DNA from: Oscillospiraceae bacterium
Lineage (GTDB): Bacteria > Bacillota > Clostridia > Oscillospirales > JAKOTC01
Reading direction: 5' to 3'
Length of the DNA: 64,000 bases
NCBI GenBank assembly: GCA_035380125.1
Contig: DAOSWV010000014.1
Coordinates: 1,308-65,307, forward strand
Part shown: one piece after another, positions 37,332 to 46,143 of the stretch
Position numbering within the stretch: the stretch's first letter is position 1
How the letters are laid out: every line of letters begins with the position of its first letter
Notes under the pieces: generated by a model
Told to the model about the DNA's origin: nothing
The model's database searches: none
The model's input: the letters and a program-made list of their open reading frames with translations, nothing else
Translations under genes and position numbers: made by a program

Positions 37332-37365
37332 AAAACAGCGGTTTTGACCGCTGTTTTAATTTTCG
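37332..37365 (+). terminator. Rho-independent terminator after the nfnAB-like pair
   Basis: 11-bp stem aaaacagcggt / accgctgtttt with a 4-nt loop and a T-rich tail. Confidence 0.7.
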
Positions 37366-37432
37366 GTATTTTTTATGTATGACCGAGGAAAAATAGGATA
37401 TATCTTCTTGACTTCTTTTGAACGAGGTTATC

Positions 37433-40400
37433 ATGAAAAAAAAGAGCTTATGCGGTTTTAAAATGTACATGCGCTTGTCGGCGGTTATACGCGACCTTTA
37501 TTCCGAAAAACGTCGCTCCTCTTCCGCGACCGGCAGCGGCGAATGGCTGGCTGACAACTATTATCTGATCTATCGCCGTTCGCATCATTTGCTCGATTCT
37601 TTTGCGCAAATGCCGAATTTGCCTTTTGAAAACGGAGAGATCCGAATTCTCGAAATATGCCGCAGCTTTATCACACAGGACGCAGAATCGAAAATCGAAA
37701 TCTTTGACAAAATGATCGAAGAAGCCTCCTCGCAAATGCCCCTTCAAAATGTGGAATTGGATATGCTGCCGGCGTTTTTGGAATATTCCTGTTTTGAAAT
37801 GATCAGAAAATCGGCGGAAGCGAAGGATGCCAAGGGCATAGCGCGTGCCATCAAACTGCTACGGTTTTGCTCCGGGTATGATTTTACGCCGATGCTGGAA
37901 AAACACAACGGCGTCAATCAGCTTTTACAGGAAGATCCTGCGGGGATCTATCCGAAGATGGACGAGACCAGCCGTTTTGCCTACCGAAAAGCGATAACCG
38001 ATCAAGCCCAAAAAAGTAAAATTTCCGAGATCGAATATGCTCAAAAACTGCTTGACCATGCGAAAAACGCCAAAGACGACGTTGAACGGCATATCGGAAC
38101 GATTTTGCTTGCAAAACCGGTCACGCGAAAAATCCGTGCGTTGATTCTTTCCCGTTTTCAAACGATCTGCACGTTTTTTATTTGTGCCGCCTATCTCTTA
38201 AGGACAAAAGACTTCATCTGCAGTGCAGCTTTATATTTTCCTGTGCGTTCGGTTTTAAAACCTCTGTTTGAAAAAGCCGCACTTTGGGGGATCGAACCCA
38301 CAGTATTACCGCGTATAGAATTCGGTGATCGCATTCCGCCCGAGAATTCCGTTTTAGTGGTCGTCAGTTCTCTGTTGCCATCAGCAGGTAATATCGATTC
38401 CGCGATTCAAAGATTAAAAGACATCTATCATATCTCTCAAAAAGGAGAGGTTCGTTTTTGTCTGCTTTGTGATCCGAAGGAATCCGATTTTCCGAGTACG
38501 CCGCAGGAAGAATATTCGGCAAAACTTCTTAAGGAAAAAATCGATCTGCTCAACCGCACGCTGGCAGACAAATTTTATCTTGCCGTAAGGCCGAGAAGTT
38601 TTATTAAAACACAAGGCAAATTTGCCGGAAAAGAACGTAAGCGCGGAGCGATCGGAACTTTGGTCAATATTATTACGGGTCAAAGTACCGATGGACTACT
38701 GGCGTTTTGCGGTAATATTACAAACCTGCGTAATGTGAAATATTTACTCGTTTTAGACAGTGATACGGCTTTACAGCTTGACAGCGTCTATAAATTCGTC
38801 GGTGCCGCCGCACATCCACTGAACAGAAAATACGGCATCTTTTCCCCGTCACTGGGGATCAAGCTCGCTTCCATGGGAAATACGCCTTTCACAAAATTGA
38901 TGTGCGAGACCGGCGGAACGGTGGCCTATGACAACAACTGTTCAGAATATTATCAGGACATTTTTAATGATTCTGTTTTTTCGGGCAAAGGTCTTATCGA
39001 CGTATCCGCATTTGCAAATTCTTGCGTAGATCGTTTGCCGGAAGAACGTATTCTCAGTCATGACATTCTCGAGGGTTGTCTGCTGCGCACTTGTTATCTC
39101 TCCGATACGCAACTCTCCGATGATTTTCCGTCGACCCCGGAGGCATGGCTTGATCGCCTGCATCGCTGGATACGCGGCGATATTCAAAATCTGATTTTCG
39201 CAATACCCGAATTGAGAGCGAAATATGCGCCCTTGACGCCTGCATTCTCCGCTCTGTCGTCAAAAAAACTGCTCGAAAATACAGCACGTGCTTTTTTACC
39301 GATTCTGTCTGCAATTTGCCTGGTCTGCGCCGCTGCCGAAAAAAAGCGCCTGCTGCGGATAATACAATTCTGTCTGGGTGTGGGATATGCCGTATTCCCG
39401 CAATTAAATGCACTGATACAGAAGATTCGTCAAGGCGGCCTCTCCGTGCTGCAAAGGCGATTTTTCGGAAACTCCATGCCGGTGTTCCTGCGATTTCTTG
39501 CAGCTTCCGGTGTCGGAATTTTAATGCTGCCGCAAACGGCATATACCGGTTTTGACGCAATCATTCGAGCGCTCTGGCGTTCCTTTGTATCGGGTAAAAA
39601 TTTGCTTGAATGGACGACTGCCGCTGAAAACGAAAAGAATTCGGTCGTATCCATCAGACGCTATATCCCTGCCCTTCTTTTTTGGCTGTTTTTGTTTCTG
39701 GCCGGCGGTGGCGCTGCTTTCAAAGCATTTTCGCTTACCGCGCTTTGTGCGACGCCTACCCTGAAGTTACTCGGGCGTCCTCAGAAAAAGCCGTTTCGAC
39801 AAGAGGCCGATACCGAGCGTGCCAATGTTTATGCTTCCCTGTGCTGGAAATTTTTCACCACCTATGTCAGCGCAGAAGATAATTATCTTCCTCCCGACAA
39901 TGTACAGGAAACACCGGTTTTTTCGATCGCACACCGTACTTCACCAACCAATATCGGGCTCTATCTGTGCAGCATCGTATCTGCCTGTGATTTTGGAATA
40001 ATCACCTTTGACACAATGCTCGAACTCCTCGACAGAACGTTAAAAACAGTTGAAAAGCTGAACAAATTCAAAGGGCATCTATATAACTGGTATGACACCA
40101 AAACCCTGCGTCCGCTTACACCCCGTTATATCTCCACGGTGGACAGCGGAAATTTCGTCTGCTGTCTGACCGCGCTGAAAGGCGCTTTAATTGAACGCAA
40201 CAGCGAGGATCAACGGGTATATGATCTTCTGGCGCGCCTTGAGAGGCTGCGTTCCGAAACAGATTTCACCTTTTTATATAATCGCCGCCGTTCGCTTTTT
40301 CACGTCGGTTATCGATGTGATACCGAATCTCCGGATACGTCATATTATGACATGCTGATGAGTGAAGCACGTATGACCGGATATTATGCGATTGCAAAGG

Positions 40401-43400
40401 GTATCGCCGAACGCAAACACTGGGGCAACCTTTGTCGGATACTCGTCGGAAAACACGGTTATACAGGTGTACTTTCCTGGAGCGGCACGATGTTTGAATA
40501 TTTGATGCCTCATCTGTTTTTGCCCATGTATGAAGGTTCTCTGGAAGGTGAATCGGTACGGTTTTGTCTCTACTGTCAAAAAATGCGCCGCGGAAAAATG
40601 GACGGAAACAGTGTTTGGGGTATTTCAGAGAGCGGTTTTTATGTATTCGATCCGCAGATGAATTATCAATACAAGGCCAACGGAGTTCAAAAATTGGCGC
40701 TCTGCCGCGGGATGGACGAAGAACTTGTAATCTCTCCCTATTCATCTTTTCTTGCGCTTCCTTATGACACAAAGGAGGCGATGGAAAACTTGAAAACCCT
40801 TGAGGAGCTCGGAATGTTGGGCAATTGCGGTTTCTTTGAAGCCATGGATTTTACGCCCGCACGCGTCGGCAGCCAGCCCGCTATCATTCGAAGTTATATG
40901 TCACACCATGTCGGCATGAGTATTTTGTCACTCGGTAATCTGATTCACAACAACATCTGGCAAAACCGTTTTTTCTCTGATCCGGATATAAAAGCGGCTG
41001 CCGAATTGCTGAGAGAACGCATTGAGATCGGTGCTCCGGTCTATAAAAACACTATAAATGCCGAAGAACGGCGTCCGAAACCCGGCAGGCCGATTTTTAC
41101 GCGTGAACAATTAACGGAGATTTCGCCGCTCTCTCCGCGCTGCTCTATTTTATGTAACAGTTCATTCGTAACGGTTCTGACTGACAGCGGAACCGGATTT
41201 TGTTCACTTGGCGAGACCGATATTCTTCGCCGAAGTGATGATTTGCTGAAAAAGCCAACCGGTGTTTTCGTCTGTTATGAATTTGACGGTGTAAGACGTT
41301 ATATCACTTCAGCACCGGATTATACGCATCCCGCCGGGAAGAGTACAATATTTAACGGAGATAACGTGATTTATCAAAATGACCAACCGTCTGTTTCCGC
41401 AAAAATGACAGTGACCGTCCACCGGAATGTCCCGGCCGAATATCGAAAACTCGAGTTTGAAAACCACACCGGCGAACCGGCCGAAATAAAAGTACTGGTT
41501 TATGCCGAACCCGCTCTCGCTCATAACCGCGAAATCGCGGCACATCCTGCCTTTGTGAAACTGTTTACTCGCAATCAATATGACGACAAAAACGGATCGT
41601 TGATATTTTGGAACAGAAACGCTGCCCTTGCCGTAGGCATGATCACTGAAACGGAATTTGAATTCGGTACGGATCGGCAATTACTGCTCTCAACGCCGGA
41701 TGGAATTCACCACATTCCGGAGGTATTTGATCAATCTCTGGACAATGGCGGGTGGCGCCCTGACAGCGGTGTTTTTCTTCGTTTTACGCTTTCTGTAGAA
41801 CCGTATTCAACCGTTCAACAGACCGTGATTTTTGCCGCAGGTATGAACAAAGCCGGAGCAGCCGATAATCTTCGTCAAGCCCGAAAGAGCCCGAAGCTTC
41901 ATTCCTATCAACCGATCGGTGCAACAGGTTTAATCTGCCGAAACGCTTTCGGAAGCATGCTGTTCGGCGCCTCACACAGTGTCGAATCGATTATCGCCGC
42001 CCGCGAAAATCAGCTCAGTCCGCGAAATTTATGGAGTGTCGGCATCTCCGGTGACTGCTCGATTTTATTGCTTGAAATCCACAGCGATGAAGATGCTTCA
42101 CGCGCTTCTTCTTATGTGATGATGCACCAATTTTTAAGGCAACGCGGTCTTGGTTTTGATCTTGTGATCGTTTTTGATGATTCGGGTGAATATGAAAGCA
42201 AACTGCGAAAATCATTGAATGAAATTATAAAATCCAATCACGCAGAACCGTTTTTAAATCAAAAATTCGGTATATTCCTATTGAATGAGGCCTCTCTTCC
42301 GCACGAGACCATCATTCTGCTTCGTGCCGCAGCCGGATATATTGCACCACATTTTGCCCTTGGGCGAAAAGAGACTGTTCGCAAACTCATTCCCACCAAA
42401 GTGTTTCCGTCTCTTCCGGTCGAAATCACTAAGGACAGCACTTGTTTTGATGTTTCTTATGGCTTTTTTAAAGATACCCGATTCATCTGCGAAAACGGAA
42501 ATCCGCTTCCGCGCTGTTTGGTTTTAGCGAATCCGTCGTTCGGCACATTGGTTTCTGAAAACGCACTGGGATTTACTTGGGCTTTGAATTCTCATTTAAT
42601 GAAACTGACGCCGTTCGAAAATGATACGGTTTCCGATAACCAAGGTGAACGGCTTTATCTGCGTATCCATGGGAAAATATATGATTTGATCAACGGTTCT
42701 ACGGCTATTTTCTCCGGTAACGGCATCGAATACCATTCAAAAATTGAAGATATCACTGCAGTGACTACCGTAACTGTTCCTGAAAACGGGATGGCAAAGC
42801 GAATAAATATCAAATTTAACGCCGCTTCCACCTATGAGGCCGAAACCGCTTTTTATTGTGAGCCTGTGTTGGGCGAAAACAGCAAATTTTCCTTTTTGCT
42901 CAAGGCTCGTTGGATAGAGAACCGTTTGATTATCGGAAATTTTAATGACCAGAATTTTAGCGGCTTTATGTGCCTCGATGAACAAACCGGCTGTGACGGT
43001 TTTACCTGTGATCGCGCTTCCTTTTTTGCGGGCAGGTGGAATGATAAGGTACTCGCGCCTTGTGGGAACAATTGTGCCTGTATCCGTAAATCATTTTCAC
43101 TTTACAGTGGAAAAGAATTCGAATTGAATTTCGCTCTCGGATACGGAGAAACGGCTGAATCAGCGGCTTTAGCCTGCAAGATTTCTAATGAGCTTCCCAA
43201 AGAAAATATATCGTCATCTGTAAAGTTTGATGACTTGCCATATGCAATATTGTTTAACGAATTTCTACCGAATCAAATTCTACAGTGCCGCATGTACGGC
43301 CGAACCGGTTTTTATCAAAACGGCGGTGCATGGGGGTTTCGAGATCAGCTTCAGGACTCGTTGGCAGCATTATATTTCTCACCTGAGGCGGCAAAAGCTC

Positions 43401-44665
43401 AGATTTTACGCGCGGCGGCATGTCAGTTCCAACCCGGTGACGTCTTGCACTGGTGGCATAATCTCGACGGTGAAAAACACGGTATCCGAAGCCGTTATCG
43501 CGACGACCCTCTTTGGTTGATTCTCGCGGCTTGCAGATATGCCGAATTTACGGATGACCTGGCGATATTTGATTATCCGATCTGTTATCTGGATGGTTTA
43601 CCGCTCGAATCGTATGAAAATGAGCGTTACGCAAAATATGAAAAGAGCTGCGCCGGCGACACATTGTTTGAGCATTGCTGTACAGCTTTCAGACAAAGCC
43701 TGACCTTTGGGGAACACGATCTCCCGCTCTTTGGGGGCGGCGACTGGAATGACGGTTTTAACAGGATCGGAAACGACGGCAAATCAGAGAGTGTTTGGCT
43801 GGGTATGTTTTTGAAACTCGTCGCGGATGAATTTACCGCACTTTGTATCAAACTCGGACATGCTGACACAGCGCAAAAAGCTGCGGAAATTGCTTCGCGC
43901 ATGAAAAAATCCATTGAAAACACCTGTTGGAACGATGATCGGTTTATACGCGGTTTTCTTGAGAATAAAGCTTTCGGATACGAAAAGAGTGACAGTGTGA
44001 AAATTGATCTGCTGCCGCAGGCTTTTGCCGTATTGGCCGGAATCGGAACCGCTAAGCAGCAAAACACCGCTCTTGACACTGCTTTGCAGTTGTTATATGA
44101 CCCCGCCTGCGGTATCTTGAAATTGTTTGCACCGCCACTCGGCGAAAAAGACCATTCAATCGGATATACCGCCGATTATCCGGAAGGCGTACGCGAAAAC
44201 GGCGGACAATATACTCATGGTGCATGCTTTTTTGCCTATGCATTGTTTTCCGCAGGCAGAGCGGATGACGGCTGGCGAATTTTACGAGGTTTAGTGCCTG
44301 CGCTGGATCAATTTGTCTGCAACAGCAACTTTTATTTGGAGCCGTATGCAATTCCGGCTGACATCTCTACGAATCCGAACGCTTACGGACGCGGCGGCTG
44401 GTCGCTCTACACCGGTGCTGCAGGGTGGTATTATCGCACAATCCTGGAAAAGATGCTTGGCGTGAAAATCAGCGGTAAAAACATCACTTTTTCACCTTGC
44501 ATTCCTACTACGATTAATGACTGTAAACTCACATTGACCAACAATGGCAGAAAAATGTTTATAACCTATCTTCGAAAAGGAGAATCAAAAGTTTTACAGG
44601 ACGGTTCAGAGACGACAGCCGTACAGTTTCGTGATATCGATACCCAAATCGAAGTTTGGTATTGA
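37433..44665 (+). CDS. cgs: Cyclic beta-1,2-glucan synthase-like giant protein (TM + GT84, central region, C-terminal GH94 phosphorylase-like domain)
   Basis: 2410 aa. Glycosyltransferase motifs are LVLDSDT, SHDILEG and RWIRGD. Cgs-like segments are WLADNYYLI and YISTVDSGNF. GH94 motifs are GFRDQLQD, GGGDWNDG, GGQYTHG and GGWSLYTGAAGWYYR. Hydrophobic segments flank the GT domain. A GAGG SD lies 5 nt before the ATG at 37433. Confidence 0.85.
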   Translation: MKKKSLCGFKMYMRLSAVIRDLYSEKRRSSSATGSGEWLADNYYLIYRRSHHLLDSFAQMPNLPFENGEIRILEICRSFITQDAESKIEIFDKMIEEASSQMPLQNVELDMLPAFLEYSCFEMIRKSAEAKDAKGIARAIKLLRFCSGYDFTPMLEKHNGVNQLLQEDPAGIYPKMDETSRFAYRKAITDQAQKSKISEIEYAQKLLDHAKNAKDDVERHIGTILLAKPVTRKIRALILSRFQTICTFFICAAYLLRTKDFICSAALYFPVRSVLKPLFEKAALWGIEPTVLPRIEFGDRIPPENSVLVVVSSLLPSAGNIDSAIQRLKDIYHISQKGEVRFCLLCDPKESDFPSTPQEEYSAKLLKEKIDLLNRTLADKFYLAVRPRSFIKTQGKFAGKERKRGAIGTLVNIITGQSTDGLLAFCGNITNLRNVKYLLVLDSDTALQLDSVYKFVGAAAHPLNRKYGIFSPSLGIKLASMGNTPFTKLMCETGGTVAYDNNCSEYYQDIFNDSVFSGKGLIDVSAFANSCVDRLPEERILSHDILEGCLLRTCYLSDTQLSDDFPSTPEAWLDRLHRWIRGDIQNLIFAIPELRAKYAPLTPAFSALSSKKLLENTARAFLPILSAICLVCAAAEKKRLLRIIQFCLGVGYAVFPQLNALIQKIRQGGLSVLQRRFFGNSMPVFLRFLAASGVGILMLPQTAYTGFDAIIRALWRSFVSGKNLLEWTTAAENEKNSVVSIRRYIPALLFWLFLFLAGGGAAFKAFSLTALCATPTLKLLGRPQKKPFRQEADTERANVYASLCWKFFTTYVSAEDNYLPPDNVQETPVFSIAHRTSPTNIGLYLCSIVSACDFGIITFDTMLELLDRTLKTVEKLNKFKGHLYNWYDTKTLRPLTPRYISTVDSGNFVCCLTALKGALIERNSEDQRVYDLLARLERLRSETDFTFLYNRRRSLFHVGYRCDTESPDTSYYDMLMSEARMTGYYAIAKGIAERKHWGNLCRILVGKHGYTGVLSWSGTMFEYLMPHLFLPMYEGSLEGESVRFCLYCQKMRRGKMDGNSVWGISESGFYVFDPQMNYQYKANGVQKLALCRGMDEELVISPYSSFLALPYDTKEAMENLKTLEELGMLGNCGFFEAMDFTPARVGSQPAIIRSYMSHHVGMSILSLGNLIHNNIWQNRFFSDPDIKAAAELLRERIEIGAPVYKNTINAEERRPKPGRPIFTREQLTEISPLSPRCSILCNSSFVTVLTDSGTGFCSLGETDILRRSDDLLKKPTGVFVCYEFDGVRRYITSAPDYTHPAGKSTIFNGDNVIYQNDQPSVSAKMTVTVHRNVPAEYRKLEFENHTGEPAEIKVLVYAEPALAHNREIAAHPAFVKLFTRNQYDDKNGSLIFWNRNAALAVGMITETEFEFGTDRQLLLSTPDGIHHIPEVFDQSLDNGGWRPDSGVFLRFTLSVEPYSTVQQTVIFAAGMNKAGAADNLRQARKSPKLHSYQPIGATGLICRNAFGSMLFGASHSVESIIAARENQLSPRNLWSVGISGDCSILLLEIHSDEDASRASSYVMMHQFLRQRGLGFDLVIVFDDSGEYESKLRKSLNEIIKSNHAEPFLNQKFGIFLLNEASLPHETIILLRAAAGYIAPHFALGRKETVRKLIPTKVFPSLPVEITKDSTCFDVSYGFFKDTRFICENGNPLPRCLVLANPSFGTLVSENALGFTWALNSHLMKLTPFENDTVSDNQGERLYLRIHGKIYDLINGSTAIFSGNGIEYHSKIEDITAVTTVTVPENGMAKRINIKFNAASTYEAETAFYCEPVLGENSKFSFLLKARWIENRLIIGNFNDQNFSGFMCLDEQTGCDGFTCDRASFFAGRWNDKVLAPCGNNCACIRKSFSLYSGKEFELNFALGYGETAESAALACKISNELPKENISSSVKFDDLPYAILFNEFLPNQILQCRMYGRTGFYQNGGAWGFRDQLQDSLAALYFSPEAAKAQILRAAACQFQPGDVLHWWHNLDGEKHGIRSRYRDDPLWLILAACRYAEFTDDLAIFDYPICYLDGLPLESYENERYAKYEKSCAGDTLFEHCCTAFRQSLTFGEHDLPLFGGGDWNDGFNRIGNDGKSESVWLGMFLKLVADEFTALCIKLGHADTAQKAAEIASRMKKSIENTCWNDDRFIRGFLENKAFGYEKSDSVKIDLLPQAFAVLAGIGTAKQQNTALDTALQLLYDPACGILKLFAPPLGEKDHSIGYTADYPEGVRENGGQYTHGACFFAYALFSAGRADDGWRILRGLVPALDQFVCNSNFYLEPYAIPADISTNPNAYGRGGWSLYTGAAGWYYRTILEKMLGVKISGKNITFSPCIPTTINDCKLTLTNNGRKMFITYLRKGESKVLQDGSETTAVQFRDIDTQIEVWY

Positions 44666-44682
44666 TTTCGCTTTAATAAAAA

Positions 44683-44715
44683 ATCAACGGCAGATTAAAT
44701 CTGCCGCTGATTTTC
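44683..44715. terminator. Bidirectional terminator between cgs and the convergent minus-strand operon
   Basis: 13-bp stem atcaacggcagat / atctgccgctgat (one mismatch) with a 3-nt loop, flanked by an A-run and a T-run. Confidence 0.65.
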
Positions 44716-44730
44716 AATCGGAATAATGGT

Positions 44731-45237
44731 TTAAAGAATATCGTCGTCCGACGCTTGTTCGCCGTCCTGACGTAATTTGTCTTCCTCTTTGTTTTGTTTT
44801 GCAATCTTACTGATTTTATCGACGATAAAATAGGAATATTTATCGGTGTCGTGTTCAATAGACTGGCGATAGACCATTTTGCCGAGGTCATAATACATCT
44901 TCTGCTTTTCCAACTCACCGTAACTATGCTGGATTTCTCTGCTCACCTTCTGCGAGACATCGTTTATTTTCCCGCCGAATTCGTCTGAGGCTGATTTTGC
45001 TTTCTTTATGGTGCCTCCGGCTTTTTGTGACATGTTCTGCGTGTGTTTTTGAAATTCCTGTTTGGCATTGGACGCGCAGCAGGTCGCTTTTTTACATTGT
45101 TTTTTGGAATAGTCGACCACTTTTCTGACGATATCGCTGGTCACACGACTTTCGTCGGCAATTTTCTTCAATTTACCGACCGCTTTATCTCCCACTTCAA
45201 CAGCGGCGTCAAGCACTTTTTTTACCACGATGTCCAT
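44731..45237 (-). CDS. Hypothetical hydrophilic, Lys-rich, probably helical protein
   Basis: 168 aa with no TM segments, no family I recognise, and an acidic C-terminal tail. It is the last gene before the terminator. Confidence 0.55.
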   Translation of the reverse strand: MDIVVKKVLDAAVEVGDKAVGKLKKIADESRVTSDIVRKVVDYSKKQCKKATCCASNAKQEFQKHTQNMSQKAGGTIKKAKSASDEFGGKINDVSQKVSREIQHSYGELEKQKMYYDLGKMVYRQSIEHDTDKYSYFIVDKISKIAKQNKEEDKLRQDGEQASDDDIL

Positions 45238-45249
45238 TACTATGCCTCC

Positions 45250-46143
45250 TTAAATCTTAATAAATTCCTGTAAAAGTGAATCCTTGGGAATGATTTGTTT
45301 ATCCAATTTCGGAATTTGGTTCAATAGACCGCGGATGGTTTTTAACATATCACTATGAATATGATAGTCCCGGGGTATAATTTTTTCTGCGCACTCTTTG
45401 AAAACCGATAATTCATAGTCAAAAAAGGTATCAATGCAAATATCCGCACCGCTGATATAAGGGGTGACATTTTGATCTTCTCCGTGCAGAACACTGTCCC
45501 ACATACTAATGGTCTTCTCGACACTCGCTCCCCGATAATTGTAGTCTCTTACCGTTCGCCGCAAAAATCGGATGTCCCGAATTCCCATTAACCGTTCATT
45601 GTCGTCATAAATCTCAGCCAACGGTTCAACAAAAACGCGTAATACCCTTCCCGACTCCACCGAAGCCGCCACCGCAGGATTCAGTGCGTTGATTCCTTCC
45701 AATATTATAACACCATCTGCGCGCGGTGTCACGCTTTTTACGGAATTTGTCCGTCTTGCGGTGATAAAATCGAAAATCGGGATATTTACTGCCTTTCCGA
45801 TTGAGAGATCATAGATTACTTCATTCATTAAATTCACGTCGATCGCAGCAAGCGACTCGATATCATAAGTACCGTCGGGTAAAATCGGGCACTCATCGCG
45901 GTTCTTGTAAAAATCGTCCATCGAGAGTTCAGTGCTGCAAAGACCGCGGCTCTCCAATATCGCATCAATCGCCAGTGTCGAACTGGTTTTGCAGGAAGCG
46001 GAACCACCCGCGATCAAAATGACTTTGTATCCGCCGTCGACAATCAGATCAGCCGCCGCAGTAAGCCGCTTTTTGATTTTCTCCTCAACGGGAGCGATGT
46101 TATTTGCGGAGATTTCTTTTAAATCCTCAACAAAGTACCTCAT
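45250..46143 (-). CDS. Uridine kinase / PRK-family P-loop nucleoside kinase-like protein (short form)
   Basis: 297 aa. It resembles the clostridial long uridine-kinase-like family (SMDDFY, IILEGINALN, RFLRRTVRDYNYRG, W..V..GE). Its P-loop reads GGSASCKTS. The start overlaps the hemZ stop by 4 nt. Confidence 0.7.
   Translation of the reverse strand: MRYFVEDLKEISANNIAPVEEKIKKRLTAAADLIVDGGYKVILIAGGSASCKTSSTLAIDAILESRGLCSTELSMDDFYKNRDECPILPDGTYDIESLAAIDVNLMNEVIYDLSIGKAVNIPIFDFITARRTNSVKSVTPRADGVIILEGINALNPAVAASVESGRVLRVFVEPLAEIYDDNERLMGIRDIRFLRRTVRDYNYRGASVEKTISMWDSVLHGEDQNVTPYISGADICIDTFFDYELSVFKECAEKIIPRDYHIHSDMLKTIRGLLNQIPKLDKQIIPKDSLLQEFIKI

Noticed and set aside
37408-37435. TTGACT followed 15 nt later by TATCAT overlaps the cgs start codon. 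I considered it as a promoter or as evidence of a leaderless mRNA.
   Set aside because: The 15-nt spacer is too short, and transcription from it would start downstream of the ATG that carries a good SD. The real cgs promoter remains unidentified.
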